Counted from the whole stretch's first letter, positions 1-14,457 are shown. The stretch is 57,880 bases of DNA, filler included, from Bipalium vagum (GCA_037834085.1; 3 parts of 3 records of this genome joined end to end with filler, not necessarily neighbours in it); one strand, 5' to 3'. Notes: generated by a model not told the origin, from the letters alone. Program-made: numbers and translations.

Positions 1-303
1 ATATGGGCTTCTGTTCAGACAGAGGCCTCCAAAGTACAGCACCCTAATTTGAAGTCTCTAAAGAAAGCTGTAACGAAAGCATGGGACAATCTATCTCAGG
101 AGTACATTCTCAAGACTTGCTCCAGATTCAGGTCCAGGGTTCAGGCCGTAATTGATGCTAATGGAGATCTTTTTGAATAATTGTTTTATATATGTATAAT
201 GTAATAAAATACATGTTCATATTTAGTTCTCAATAAAATTTTACTTTATAAATCTAATTTATATATTTGTGCATTTATTTCCGCGATTATACGACGCACC
301 CGG
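1..303 (+). mobile_element. 3' end of a Tc1/mariner-superfamily element (DD37D/maT-like), cut off by the window edge
   Basis: Frame 1 (1-180) reads IWASVQTEASKVQHPNLKSLKKAVTKAWDNLSQEYILKTCSRFRSRVQAVIDANGDLFE*, a typical Tc1/maT transposase C-terminus. It is followed by a TIR-like end ...GCACCCGG and TA at 304-305. Confidence 0.7.
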
Positions 304-399
304 TAGATCGATTATAAGCTGTTATCAAAGCTGATCTGAAAATAATTGCATGTGGAGTTGCAAAAATATTTATATTGCCTATACAACAGAACTCAGATA

Positions 400-990
400 T
401 TTAAAAATTAGAAAAATGAAAAATCTGTAAAAATGACTGTCATATGACTTGAACAGATACTAAAAATATCTTTCTTTACAAAGACTTGTTTCTGCTACGT
501 CTTTTAAGATATTACAAGAGAAATGATCTTGTCAGTGAAGAAATTTCACCTTAATTTCAAAAGCCAATGTTGCACAAAAAGAAGACTGGTGACTGTTTGA
601 TGGTCATATATAGCAAGATTCATTTTACTTCATTAAATAATGAACAATAACGATGAATAAATACGTCCAGTAAATCAACAACATGAACTTGAAGTTTTAA
701 CACTTAGTTCGAAATTGATCAGCAAGAATGACTGATCCTTCTATAAAATAACGCAAGGACTTTTACCCTTACAGACTCATTTGTATAAATATTATGTAGA
801 TATTCCATTCTATCTATTAATAAAAATTTCGAAACCACGGAGAAACTGTCTTTAAGGACTTCAAGACTACGGATTTTTATTAGACGAGTATGAATAGCCT
901 TTTTGCTTCAAAAAGTGTGTCGAATGATTATATGTGTTAGCTTAATATTTAGGGTCAAAAATCAGAAAATCTTTTGCTATAACCAAATAT
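400..990 (+). mobile_element. Highly decayed mariner transposase remnant
   Basis: Broken-frame remnants resembling the KP.LHKKK..VTVWW region (aagccaatgttgcacaaaaagaagactggtgactgtttgatgg). Boundaries are approximate. Confidence 0.45.
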
Positions 991-3900
991 TTTTGTTTGT
1001 CTAAACAAACTTAAGCAATAAAACAAAACAAAATTCATTTTTAAAAATATATTTTTATGACATCAGTAAAACAGTATTAGAAATGAAATTTTCAGACACG
1101 CAGTAAGTCATTATGAAATATATAGTTTACAATAGCCAGTTATAAATAATATAATTATGATAACGTATTATCTGTAACCTTTAAATTTTAAGTAATAAAT
1201 AATAAAACATTAAAATATGAATTATTCAATAAAATGTACCCGACTCTCAAATTTAATAATTATTTAATGTAGAAAGTGGACGAAAGCAATTCTGCAAATG
1301 ATAAGATACCATAACGTTTCCACTGATATCATCATTTATGACATAAACAATAACATTTTTTAAAATTAATAATTATTTTCAATAATATGCTGAACGAACC
1401 TTGTTGACGCAAAACGAAATATGAGATACGTGATTAAAAAAGATGGAGATGAAGCTGAAAACCATTGCTTCTTTGGTCTAATTGCTTTTCTATTATGATG
1501 GAGGAATTTTAAGTAAATTAATGACGCCTTGAATTTTGCCACTAAGCTTATGTCAATAGCCAATTTTCATTCTGTTTTGTTTTTCATATCGTTGTTATCA
1601 AGTCTTCAACGATAGTTTAAGTTCCAAAATTAAATCACAGATTTTAACCCACATTGTTTATATGGACTATTATTACTTTTGGAAGATATTCTCTGTAAAA
1701 TCATAAAAACAATTGTGATTTTGATTGCATTTTCGATTTGTTGTTTTACTGATTTCAAAAAATTATTTAGAATTTTATGGATCCAGAAAATGAACTCAAA
1801 ATATAAATTTTAAGATTTTTTAACATCATCCTGACCCAGTCCATATTTTTACAGAAAAATTGTAAAAAATATTTATACCACTGTCTTTATAACAGAAAAA
1901 TTGTATTTTATATTTTCAGTGTTTATCAATAGATACACAATCAATAATTAATAAATTAAAAAATAAATATATCCTATTGTGTGTATAAAGATAAATAAAA
2001 ATAAATTTCTTTGAAAAATTTTTAGTTAAAAAATTTATACGAAGTGTACTTCATTTTTAGATTAAACTTTGAATTTCAGCAATAGAACTGAATTCTTCTT
2101 CCGAAAGTGATGATTGTATTGATTGGAATATACGATTCCATGAGCACCCAAAACAAACCATAAATATTATGTTTTGGTGGTGATACATCGGGTTTGTTAA
2201 TATTCTTTGTTAGAAACATGTTGGAGAAATTGGGATTTATTCAAGGAACACATAGGTAAAAAATGTATTTAATCTTTAAAAAAAGTTTTTCTTTTATTTG
2301 GTTTCATACAAATCCTTTGTTTTGAATTATTAGAATAAGTTCAATTATTTTCTCCCATGACAAAAATTGTTCCTTTTCTGTTTTTGAAAGTTGAATTTTT
2401 TCCCTTCAATGTTTCTTTTAATTAATTCAAATATCACCAATTTTTTTATCACTTACATGCTTAGAGACACTGCAAAAGTATATTGCTAGATTACTTTAAT
2501 TAAACTGTCAATTCAGATGTGTTTGGCATTTTTTATTCTTTATCCTTAATTTTTTATCCGTTTATAATGATCTTTATTACTTTGTATTGTAATTGATCTT
2601 TTGAAATAGGCAAGATTAATCCAAACATATCCAAACATAATCCAGAACTGAAGAGACATTCTCAACTAATTTTTTAAAAAGAAACCAGTATTTCTGCTGT
2701 ACTTCTTTGGTAATATATTAATGTAACAACTTTCCGTAAGCGTTGCATTCTAGAAATAAATTTTGACATTTTTGAATTGATATCTTATTTAAACAAGTGT
2801 TTATTGATAAATTGTTCACAAAAAATTTTAAGTAATTATAATTAATGAAATATAATTTCAAAATTTTAATAAAAATTATAAGCTCGATTAAAAAATTTTA
2901 AATAGTTCTATTTAAAGAAGAATGAAAATGGTAGAGATTAACCTTCATGATTTCATGACATTAAAATGTTTTCAATGTGAATTAAGGGTGACCACTAAAT
3001 GGTACAATTGGAATTAATCAGAAAATAAGAATTTTTCAAAACAAGGTGCAGATGAGTGAAAAAAAATCCAGAGATTCAAAAAAAATCTTTAAGATATAGG
3101 ATTATTTTATTAATTGTATTGTGAGAAAGTTGATTGTTACCTTGAACTGGATTCTGTTGGCAATGTGGAGTGTAAATTTCGGAACATCGTCTGTTGATAG
3201 CGAAAAGCTTTTGTTGACCAGAATCATAATATCTGATCTGCATACACGTTGTATTAAAATTAATAACATCTTCGACATGGTACTCAAAATTCTTTAAAAC
3301 CATGTTCGTTTTTAAAAGTCCTGTGGATAACGATAAGCTGTTCGGCAAGACAGATTTGCCAAGCTCTACCGTCAAAGATATCCAATAGAATGTTGTACTT
3401 ACTGCCCTTAACATAAAATTTTTTAAAAAATAATCTAAAATTCATTACCTCAATAATAAAAAAATTTTAATAAATGGTACCGGATAATTTAATAATTATT
3501 TTTTCAAGAAAAAAGAAATGTGACGACATTATGTCTATCCGAAAAATAATGTATTCAAAATTTAAGGAAAACTACAAACTCTAACATAATAAATTATTAT
3601 TATTTATCATTTATACGTTTTATTTCAAATTACTGGGAAGATGGACTTTTTCATACAATTAAGGTGTCCCAAACTTTTTTGAAACAATCAACCCTTTCGA
3701 TTGAAAGTTTATAATAATAATTATATGTAGTCATAAAATTAAACGGTTGAAATTGGACTTGGATCAGTTTTGCTTAAAGGGCTTCTTTGATTTTTAAAAC
3801 TTTTTATTAAATTTATATAAATTTTATTATTGAAAATGTTAATAACTCTCTTCAGGGAAAATATTGAATTCAGATTGAAAATTTTCAAAAATTAATTTTA

Positions 3901-5055
3901 TTCCACCTTTAAAATATTTATAATTAGTCCGTTAAAACAAAATGGTGTCAAACGGAATTTAATCCAATTAAAGAATATAAATATGGAATTAGTCTGGTTA
4001 TCCGCGTCTTTTAGATAAAGAATATTTTGCAGATGCTCAACAAAGTTATTTTAAAAAGTCACTGAAAGAAAAATGATGAAATATAGAAAAACCACATAAG
4101 ATTTATTAAAAATGGTTAAAAACAATTCTCATGATATTAGAGACTGAAACTTTGTGAGGACATTAATTGAGATTAGTTTGAACATTTAATAAAATAAAAT
4201 AAAAAACTTATTTATTTGTTTTCGTAAATTTTAAAAAAATTTGAAATACCCTACATATATTGCAATAGTTTTTGATTTCCTGGCACCGATGTTTACCAGT
4301 GTGAATGGATTACAAATGACGGAAAATTCTGATTTTGAAGAACAAAATTTATAATTTTTGTTCAACATAAAATAAGATACTTTCCATTAATATTACCTTG
4401 TATTTTATGGAATGTCGGACTAGCAAGACATTTAATTGATGACGTCAAACTTAGGTGAAAAATTTACAAATCAAAATAATTATAAGACCTTTTATTATAT
4501 ATATATATATATATGTGTGTGTTTTCTCAGCCTCTTTTAGAAAAGGAACTGGTTTTCTTAATATTTGATGTTTCAAAGTCAAAAAGAGGTCGTAATCAAT
4601 TATTAAAATATAAAGAAGCACTTGTTTTCTGTATTATCAAAACCACATTATCCGTTTTACTATTTACTCCTACACTATCAATTTTTCGTCGGGTATCAAA
4701 ATTCTTAGCAGAATGGTTATGTATTTCTCTAGTATACAAACTGAAAAAATCTCAAGTCTTTACATCATCTTTATGTCATTAATTTCATAGGATATTCATT
4801 TTTAAATAGTCTATGCCTTAATATGATTACTAATGAGTTACTATGGACTTACAGATAAAGAATTCTTCATCAACAAAATAGGTCTTTGCATGTACGAGTT
4901 TATTTTTGAAGTCATTTTTTCTGGAATGAATATTTTTTAATAATCTTCACAAGACAACATTTCAAAATGGCTTCTCACATTTCTGTTGTCGAGATATGTT
5001 AAAGTGTTCAAAAACTACCACTACATTCAAAAAAGTAGTGCTTAATTACTTAGAA

Positions 5056-5087
<32 letters not shown>

Positions 5088-5544
5088 TCCATCTTTTAAA
5101 ATTAAGCATAAAATAAAAGGAGATGTCATTTGTAAATGAGAACATGTAAATTAAAAATATTAAAAATCAACAAACTGGCTCATAACTGCAAGATATTCTG
5201 ATTCAGATTCAAACCAAAAGAGAGTTGAAGACCTTTTATGACAATATCCGTAAGCGTCACTATAGAAAACTGCAGTTTCCATAAAAAGATAGCAATTTAC
5301 AGATTTAGGAGAATTCATTCGAATTCCTATCCATCCATCCAAACAAGTTTTATTATCTAAATTAGAGATTCGGTCATTGAACAAAACTGTAAAATCTCAT
5401 AAATCTGAAAGTTTTTTTATAAATCATAATAATAAAAATCTAAATTTAGATATTTTCAGAAAATAAATGAGGTTTTAAGAAATTTTAATTAAAAAACTTC
5501 AAGTAATACATTAAACCCTACCTTACGATTTTCTCATTAGCGGC

Positions 5545-5546
<2 letters not shown>

Positions 5547-5609
<63 letters not shown>
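5547..5609. repeat. (AAT)n microsatellite, intronic
   Basis: Direct reading, about 21 units. Confidence 0.95.
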
Positions 5610-5612
<3 letters not shown>

Positions 5613-6639
5613 TAATTAAAAAAATTAAAAAACCTACTAACATTTTCAAAATATTAATAAAATTCTTCTTAATTACTTTTAACATTAAAATAAATACATA
5701 TTTTAAAATATTTTAAATACATATTATTAATTAAATATATTATTAAAAAATTATTATTAATAAATAATTATTATTATTGCCGTATTGATAAACTGCTTAA
5801 TAATTTAATACAGACTTTAATTTATAATAAGAGGCGTGATTGTGATATTATTAATTCAATATTTAAAATGAAAAAAAGTTTGTCCCAATTCAGAGTTATA
5901 TTTTTGTGAGGCTTTCAACATCATCACTTTTTATATATATTTTTATATTGTGAAAAATAAATAATGACCTGAATTCTTCGGCACTTTGCATATAAACGAA
6001 TAAAGTGCAGAGTTGTTATTATTGAATGTAACAACCCAGGGATTTTTAGTGGTAGTGTAGTCGTAGATTTTTAGAATGGCAAAATAATAATTATTTGCCG
6101 TGCACTTTGAAGGATAAATAATGTGGACGTTAGAGGTTGTGAAATCAAAGTTATTGAACCCTTCATTTAAGAATATTCGTATTGCAATATTGGCCCAATT
6201 TTTGTTACTAAATTTTAAAATAATTATAATTATTAAAATAAAATATTTACCTCACGTATATGACCAAGTTTTCTAATTGATCTTTTGTAGTTACATTTAA
6301 AACCTTATCTTTATCAGAACATTTTTCCATATATTCTGTAAGTGATACTGCAATTATTTAGTTATTAATTTGAAAATATAAATTAATTAAATATTATCAA
6401 AATAATTTTAGTAATATAACAAAAATAAATTATATTTCAAGTTTAAAATAATCAATAAAATTGGAAAAATCATTAAAATTATTAAAAAGCATTAAACTCA
6501 TTAAAACCTAAACATCAAGGGTGCAGAAAACTTATTAGCAAAAAATATTCATTTTGGTATGTTATTTTTGAAGAATAGAACATTTTTTACTAATCTAATA
6601 AGAACTGACTTTATCTTTACATAAAATTGAGAACATTCT

Positions 6640-7035
6640 AAAGTCGGAAGACCTTCATTGATGGGCAATCAAATTTTGATACATTGATTGAATCAGATCA
6701 GATGCAAAGTTGTGAAAATTTATCAATTAAGATGTCAGTCAACAGAGAAATAATAAGAGATCATTTAGGTTAAATCGGAAAGTCTTTCGGTAAGAATTTG
6801 AATGCAAGACAAATTTAAAGAAAATCAAAAATCTTCAATAAATACACTTTGCAATTCAACTTTTGTTCTTAATGAAAAGAACTCCCTCTTAAGCAACTAA
6901 TAACATGCGAAGAAAATTTGGTTATTTATGACAATTCACATAAATTAAACCAAATATTAATTCTAAGTGAATCAACATTCCCGTCTTCAAAGGCAAATCT
7001 TCATAAAAACAAATCATTATTGCCTGTTTTGTAGG
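6640..7035 (+). mobile_element. Mariner transposase remnant (HTH to first catalytic region)
   Basis: Broken frames read SGRPS..LIESD..IRDHLG..LITCEE..IYDN..KANLHKNK. Confidence 0.65.
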
Positions 7036-7038
7036 GTT

Positions 7039-7491
7039 TTAAATTATAGTTGATTGTGAAGCATTTAATTCTGAGGATAATTTTCTTGTGCTTATTATTG
7101 GATTTGAATTAACTTCATCTTTTAGCAGCTTAGAATCAAAACCAAGTTGTCGTCCTTTATGGGATGCATAATCCAAGCTGGTTTCATCATTTTTAAAATT
7201 TTTGAACCATTCTTGTGAAGTCCGAATTGATGTTGGTCCTTCACCCTCCACTTTAGATATCTTTCTTGCTGCATATATTGCTTTCCAGTTTTGTTTCCAG
7301 TAATGTTTCAGAATGGCTCTGATTTCAATAGTAACTCATTATAAATAAATACACATTTTAATATTAAAACAATCAGCATGGTATGTGATATCGTTTGATG
7401 ATTATTTCCATCTGTGAAAGTTAATATACTTAAAATATTTCATTATAGAGAAAAATTGTAAAAAAACGCGAGTTATTATGACTCACCCTAA
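7039..7491 (-). mobile_element. Mariner 5' half with TIR
   Basis: ORF 7039-7251 (RTSQEWFKNFK..GRQ..STRKLSSEL) matches the mariner HTH region. A TIR-like TTAGGGTGAGTCATAATAACTCGCG is flanked by TA at 7492-7493. Confidence 0.8.
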
Positions 7492-10400
7492 TAGAATAGA
7501 AAATTTTTCTAGAATGAAGAGACATTGTTATATGTTGTGAGTTTCAACCATGAGCATCTCCCGAGTGATCAAGTAAATACTCAAAAAAGTAAGTGGTTTT
7601 TACGTCATGGAAAAAATTGGTGAGTTTTTAATTGATCACTTGAGAAATTCCCTTGATTGGAACTCAGAACATATAATAATATCTGTACTTTGGTTTTTCA
7701 CTCATGGAAAAAAATTTTCTCCTTCCACTTAAAACAAGTAAAATCTTTATTGTTGATTGTGATTAACATATGATTTACAATTTCTGTATAGGTTGCCCAT
7801 CTTTCAATATGATTGATCATTATTGAATTGAATGTGATCACATTTGTAAAAAGTAAATCACCAAAGAACTTACAATCAAAAGATGTTGATGATGCAGACT
7901 GAGTGATACATGGGGTGTTTTGTACAGATTCAAAGCTATCTTGAATCATGAGTGTACTCAAATTTTTTAGTTGATAAGTAGAAGCCATAATAAAGTTTCC
8001 ACTTTGAGAAATATAAGAATTTTTATATTTCGAATCTAAATATGAGATTTTCAGAAAAGTTATTGGACATGGAAAATTGGTAAAATAAATATTGATTGTA
8101 TTATCATTCGTTTGGTTTGTATTCACTTGATAATTCAACCATAATTTTTCGTCTCTGAATAAAAAAAATTGGTCATTCTTCTATAATATTAGAAAAAAAA
8201 TAATAATAAAAATCTACAAAAAATACTTTTTTAATTTGATGCAATGAAATAATAATTGGGATCAAACTTAATCAAAGAAAGGTAACTTAAATATTAACAT
8301 CCAAACAGGAGAGGGCAAAGATCAATTGATAGTTAATGTTTTCTGTGATTAATTGAAAAGATAATTTTGTCAAATAATAATTAAGAAAAATAATCTTATT
8401 TATAAAGTCATTTAACAAGTTAAAATGTAAATATGAAAAAAAATTTTATTGGCTGACGAAGAACTGAAAAGAAAAGTTCGAAACATGTTTCAAAATAATA
8501 AATATTTGAATAGATTTTGTTTTAATTTATAAATATTTATTTATTGTAACCTGTTGCTAAGTTGAATTTTTTAGATAAATAAAGATTTATCACAAAATTT
8601 CTTGTAATTACTTTTTTCTACGCACCTTGTATATTATGGATTTTGTGTAGAAAATATAAAGACTTCATAATTTTATTTTTGTAAGAGTCTAAGGACTTTA
8701 TCTACAACATGTAAAGCATCGATCCTCTTTCTATTTTTCAATCCTCAAACACACGGTAATAAATGTCTTTAAAAAGAATCAAAAAAATATTTCATTTGAC
8801 TAACTCTTTAGAATCATATAAGAATCGGGGTAAATTAACGTTGTCATTAAACAGTTCAGATCCCATACTTTGACAGGTGTTAACGGCAGCTGTAAAATTA
8901 TTTGATGAGTTGATTTTCAGATAGCAAAATCCATTCAAGTTGGTAAACCAATTGGTATTTGAACATACTGATTTTTCTATAAATTATTTATTTATATTTT
9001 TTATCAAAATAAAAATATTTACTAGATAATATTGGTGCCATACATATGTATTTAAGAGAATTATTTTCGCAGTTTACTAAACTGTGCTGAACGCTGAAAA
9101 CCTCCATATTCGTCAATGAAATACAGTTCATGTCCAAAGATTCTGGATAGGTTTTAATCAGAGCATTGGAGAAACTTATGTACTGTTTGTTAGTTTCGTC
9201 AACTATGCTCAAAGCACCATAATTTACAATGTAGTTTACCCATGTCTCCATTCTAGAAATTATGTCAAATTAATTAGTTAATTAAAAGCATTAATTGAGT
9301 AATTTACTTTTGTCAATCAAGGTTATTTTACTACTTTGGTTATGACATGTTTCGAAAATTACAATGACAGGTCTTGTATTTTTATTGCGTAAAAAACAGA
9401 AAAAGTTGCATTTAATAAAAAGTGCAATTATTGAAAAGATTGTGATTTAAAATTAAAAGTCGCAACAAACAAAATAAAAATTCAAGTTTTATTTATTTGA
9501 TTAGAGTTGATCTTCTAGATTATAATAATCAATAAAATGTTTGGCTATGTTTTCATCATGTCATCTTTACCTAGAAATTTCTATAAAATAGAAAAACTTC
9601 TTTCAACAGAACCTGGTGTAGCTTGGTAATTCTCAAGTAGAAGATATGAACTAGATGGAATATCGGTTCGGAGCAGCGTTGACATTTTAATAAAGTCTGC
9701 CTTCGTCATTAAACGTTTTTATAAATATTATTTTAGGACATATTGGACAAATCATTATATGATCACATAATATTATAAGTTGCTTTTTCTGACTTATCAA
9801 TCCAGTCAATTAAACAGTTGTAGTCCTTTTGATAACCACAAAACTTATGTAATTCAATATTATGTAGAGCGTTCTTTACATTCTGCACCAACAAACCTTC
9901 CTCATTAAAACTATTCACCATATTTCGTATCCTAGATATAAAATCTGCATAATAAATGTTTGCTTTTAACTAAGATCCTCAGCGTATAATGACAGGCGTC
10001 GGATGTATACTGATTCCTGATATTATTCATAATATTGGAGTCTATATTTTCCTGTTATAATGTTTATGTTCATCAAGTAATCCTCGTCAAATTCCCTTTT
10101 TTGTTTCAGGTTATATAGTTATACTTTTTAATCAAATCATTAATTTAATGTAATACAATGTAACTTATTTTGTTCAATAGTAAAAGCAATTTCTTATTCA
10201 AAAATGCAATTGACCATTGTGGAAACAGAATTCTTAATTAATCTAATTATTTTCCAATTACTTTAAATGAACTTTCATTTTCTAAATTATCAAGAGACTC
10301 CAACCTCTTTACAGAAAAAGTTTTATTTGATATCTTTCTAGTATCATAAATAATAGTGATCATCATTTCATTATATGGAAAAATAATTTTATAGTTGCGG

Positions 10401-10954
10401 AACTTATTAAATACTAATGCTATGCCTAATAGCCTAAGAAAACTTAAAGTAAAAATGTACAAACAGACAAAATATTAGGTATTTGTTCTAGTTTGTGAAT
10501 TTTTATAAATAAAAGTAAAAAACTGAAATAATACACTATAACAGTAGTGGTGCTAATTTTTGCGCAAGAAATGTATACGTTCCGAAAATACAGGTAAATT
10601 AATAAATTAAATAATATTTTGATTAAAAATTAGTTTTTACATTTTTATTAATTGTTACCTGCGATATCAACAAAATCAATCATATTTTGAACAATATTTT
10701 TTGAATGCTTTTTAAAACAATAATACTTAAACAAATTTTCCATTCTTAATAAATTAATATATTGTGCCATTAAAAAATTATTTAAAAATAAATATTAAAA
10801 TTAAATTCAATAAATATTAAAATTAAATAAAATAAATATTTTAATTAAATTAAATAAATATTAAAATTAAAATTAAATTAGTTAAAATTTTAAATTATGC
10901 ATAATATATAAATTTAAAATCAGTTTAAATAGTCACATTAATAATTTTTCAAAT

Positions 10955-11097
10955 ATTAGGTGGATAGCAAGTATTTTCGCTATTTTATATAAAAAATAGA
11001 TAATTTTATAATTAAAATAACCACACTTTGCCAAAGTTCTAGGAATTTATAACACATTTTAAAAAATTTCCGGATTATACTTGCTGAACACCTTGAT
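10955..11097. mobile_element. Small MITE-like element with mariner-type ends
   Basis: Imperfect inverted ends: TTAGGTGGATAGCAAGTA versus the reverse complement TCAAGGTGTTCAGCAAGTA. Confidence 0.4.
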
Positions 11098-11149
11098 TTT
11101 TTTTGATTTCGTAGAAAATATCAAATGTTAATAATAAAAAGAAGTAAAA

Positions 11150-11869
11150 TAATCTAAGAAGTAAAGTGTAAATTCAGAATTCTGCAGTGATAGTGTCTCC
11201 ATATGCAAAGAAATCATAATGAATAATATCGTCATAGACCATCAAACAGTCATCATTGCCTTCCTGTGAATAATCATTCGCATTGAAACTGTTCTTAGAT
11301 CTTTGTTTATCCACTAGTCAGAAAGTCTGATGTTGTTAAAATATATTCATTTCTAATCACAATTAATAATTCTTTTTAGTAGAGCCTCGTTTCTGTTTCT
11401 TAGCAATAAAGAGTAACAAATGGAAAAACGCTGATTTTTGCAGTTTTCATTTAATTGATGTGGGGCCTATTTTTGAAGCTTCTTCACTTTTCTAATTTTC
11501 AAAGGATGGTCACAAACTGTGGTATTTTCAGCTCAAAAAATCCCTGCAAGTCCACAAGCTGATTGTTGAAAATTGGACTTCATAATGGCTTTTGAATTGT
11601 GTGCAGCCTCTGGTATATTTCTCTTTAATATAAATTCATTTAATAGACTTGTTCAAATTTGTGATGTTGTCATTGTCTCTTTCATAGAGTTTCATATTAC
11701 TCAAACAAACTGAAAATAGTAAAATAAAGTTTAATTTCAATAAAGGCTTATCTATCCTAATATATTCTTAATCTAATGTTATTGTTATAAAAAAAGTAAT
11801 CGAAATCTTTATATATTTTTGTTTTAATGTTTAATATAGAAAAGTAAAAATACTTTTCCCTCAACCTAA
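11150..11869 (-). mobile_element. Decayed mariner in an intron of the lectin gene
   Basis: TIR TACTTTTCCCTCAACCTAA+TA at 11851-11871, with an identical 21-mer at 47652-47672, plus degenerate transposase frames. The left boundary is approximate. Confidence 0.6.
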
Positions 11870-13340
11870 TAGTTAAAATTAACAAATTATCAAATTAAAA
11901 AAGACATTAATTTTTTAAGTCTAAAATTCCAATATAATAAAAAAATTAATAATAATAATTCTTATAATAATATTATTATAAAACTATCATTATGCATTAA
12001 ACACACATGAATAAATTCTTAAGTTAATAATAGCACTTGATAAATTGAATTAGTATTATTAAATAATTCGTTAAATAAGTTAGATACAAATTTAGTGCTC
12101 ATACTTTACATCGGTACGATTTAACAGAGTGGCATTTAAAGCTTGGCACTCTTTTCTAGCTTCAAAAAATTGAGCTGAATTTATTCTCTTATAGCAGTAT
12201 GGATTATCTGATTCCGACTTGAGCCAATTTTGTTCGACATTACAAGTAGTCGCAGTTTCAGATCTCACTAATTAACATTTTATTAACACAATTAAAAGTA
12301 AAAAATAATACCCCTTTGATATGAAAATATTAAAGTAAAGGAAAAAATTATATTAATTTTCATTTCTAATTGTCTTGCTTAATTTCTTTGAACTTCTTAC
12401 ATTTATTCATTTGTTCTAACCAATAAAAATGAGATAGATGTTCATTGGCAGAATGTGAAAGAATTATTGATTTAAGGATTAAATTAAAACATTAAATATA
12501 TTTACTAATAAAATGAAAAATTTAAAAATGACTTATAAAAAATAAATAATAAAATTATTATTATTGGTTGAGTAAAATTTTTTTGTTATTTTATATTGGC
12601 TTAAATAAGAAAAATATTGAAAGTCTAAATCATTTAAAACATAAGAGGTACATGTTTTTAATAGTCAAACTAGCACGCTCATTGTAAGTACATTATTCTT
12701 TAAAAATTATTCTTACCGCTCCTCACATAATTTTTTTATGGAACCAAATGTGAGAAGTCATTTGGTGCAAATCATGACTATGAGATGGATGACTTAATAA
12801 TTCATTTAAACATTAGTAAAAATTTAGATACAAAGGTACCTTTTAAAAATGGTTCTAATAAAAGTACTAAAGAAAAAAAAATATCCACGTTTTTCTAAAA
12901 ACAGGAAGTGACATCCAATCAGCTATCACAGATAACATATTTTTAAATAAATCTACAACAGAAAAATATCCAAGAGAATTACATTTAAAATCCGTAAACC
13001 CTTTTAATAAAAACAAATGTTGTACATCAATTTACGGGTCAACTGGCTCGATTGAACTTTTCATAGAAGTCTGATAGTGTTTTGAATTTCATGTAAAATG
13101 CACACAAATCATCAAATTGCGGGAATTTCCTAAAGTTTTTATTTACCAGTTAATCAGAGAAATCTTTTGAAGGATCTCAGGTAATGATTGATCTCGATAG
13201 TAGAAACAAAGAAAAATATCAGCGAAGCCTCGTGCAGATATTCTGAATATGGAAAATCCTCAGCTAGGCTGCAAAGTTTGACAGTGTCTCACAAAGATTT
13301 GTTGAGTTCTTTATGATAAGAATATGGAGAAAGTTAAGAA

Positions 13341-13511
13341 ACTGTTCCTTTAAAAAATAAGACTTGAAATTTATAACCGATACTTTTGATGAAATATTTT
13401 GAGACTACCAAAGCAAGCCTAAAAAATTTTGAGTTGATAAAAGAACTAATTTACAATAAAACATTTGAGGATTTTTGTGATGATAATGAAATGGAAATCC
13501 ATTCAACAGAA
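13341..13511 (+). pseudogene. Second, inverted copy of the integrase core fragment
   Basis: Aligns by eye to the reverse complement of ~15465-15628 (ctgttcctt..aaaaataa..ttttgatgaaatattt..gagactacc..cctaaaaaattt..gagttgataaa..tacaataaaacatttgag..attcaacagaa), with many substitutions. Confidence 0.85.
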
Positions 13512-13919
13512 AATAAAGCCTCAAAATGATGGTGATAAGATCTTAAAGTTTATTTAAACGCAATTTATTAAATTAATAAAAAATATTTATATTTTTCTAT
13601 CATGAAAATTGCATAAATAATCAAATTCATCTTTTTCTATAAAAGTTGCTAATATTTTAGAATATATGTATTTTAACTCTATCTGATTTTGAAATTTTAA
13701 ATAAAATTAGAACATTTGCATTATTTCAAACACTACTTAATGCTAAATCAAAACATGATTGAGATAAATATATTACAGAATATTTATTATTATTCCTCTT
13801 GTAAAATACATTTTCATAATATGTTGATTTTTTTTTCATTTATTACATTATTAAAAATAATTATTTTTTTAATCTCTTATCTAATTTATCTTATTTATTT
13901 ATCTAATTCATTACCTTTA

Positions 13920-14457
13920 TCAGATAAAGTTTTTTTATCTATCTTTGAAATTTTAACTGCTTTTAATTCATAATAACCTTCAGTATCATATTTTTTCAAA
14001 TCCTAACATGTTACCAATTGAATTTTCTGGAAAAGAAAAAGTATAACCCTTAAATATTTTTATTACTCAGTTTGAAAAAATTTGATTATCACTCATTGTT
14101 ATATAATACTCTTCTGGTTTTAATGGTTTTAATCCTTTTATACTTTTAAGTCCTTTCTCAACATATGTAGATGTATCAGAAATTTCATATGATCCTGGAA
14201 TTAACTTTATCTGTCGAGACTATTTTTTCATTTTGAATCTGTATCAGTTGCATCTATTCATTTATTTTTTCATAAATATTAAAAAAAGAATGATATATGT
14301 TGAAAAATAAATAAAAGCTAATTCATAGTTAAAATTAAGATCAAGATTTAGTAGTGTATCTAACTTAAATGTTATACCTGAATCTTTACCTTCTACAATA
14401 AACGATGTTGAAAATTTTTGAAATAAAAAATTTAATATTTTTTAGAGATTCTTCCAT
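13920..14457 (-). pseudogene. Polinton minor capsid (penton) protein
   Basis: ATG at 14457. Frames read STSFIVEGKDSGITFKLDTLLNLDLNFNYELAFIYFSTY.SFFNI..IKLIPGSYEISD..LGFEK..GYYELKAVKISKID, matching the recalled penton pattern LD..YE.AL..TY.S..NI..IP.GSYEI.D..LGF. Confidence 0.7.

Larger units (their letters stand above)
1255..12363 (-). pseudogene. Multi-exon secreted protein with repeated C-type lectin-like domains (mannose-receptor-like layout), partly disrupted; may be more than one tandem gene
   Basis: Spliced by hand: exon 12363-12312 (signal-peptide-like MKINIIFSFTLIFSYQR), a 44-bp intron, then exon 12267-12105 (TCNVEQNWLK..YCYKR..FFEARKECQALNATL). Exons 9252-9023, 8976-8805 and 8154-~7700 join in phase (ETWV..C..C..YIC; CSNTNW..FCYL..AVNTC). 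Exon 6207-5969 (..YSFICK) joins in phase to the exon starting at 5386 (CLDGW..CYLF..AYGYC). Exon 3406-3141 reads YWISL..C..C..C. Several other exons contain stops or frameshifts, and the 3' end is approximate. Confidence 0.7.

Noticed and set aside
5527-5643. Minus-strand ATG frame MLVGFLIFLIIV(I)nAANEKI that looks like a microsatellite-expanded signal peptide
   Set aside because: Its possible donors are phase 0 or 2, but the next exon (5386) needs phase 1, which exon 6207-5969 supplies. It is most likely an intronic coincidence.
1255-10460. Stop-codon reassignment as an explanation for stops in lectin exons
   Set aside because: All three stop types and frameshifts occur, and eIF4G and Kelch are fully open in the standard code.
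13015-13050. SIYGSTG as a possible polB motif next to the Polinton relic
   Set aside because: Too short, lacks the upstream K..N, and no other polymerase motif was recognised.
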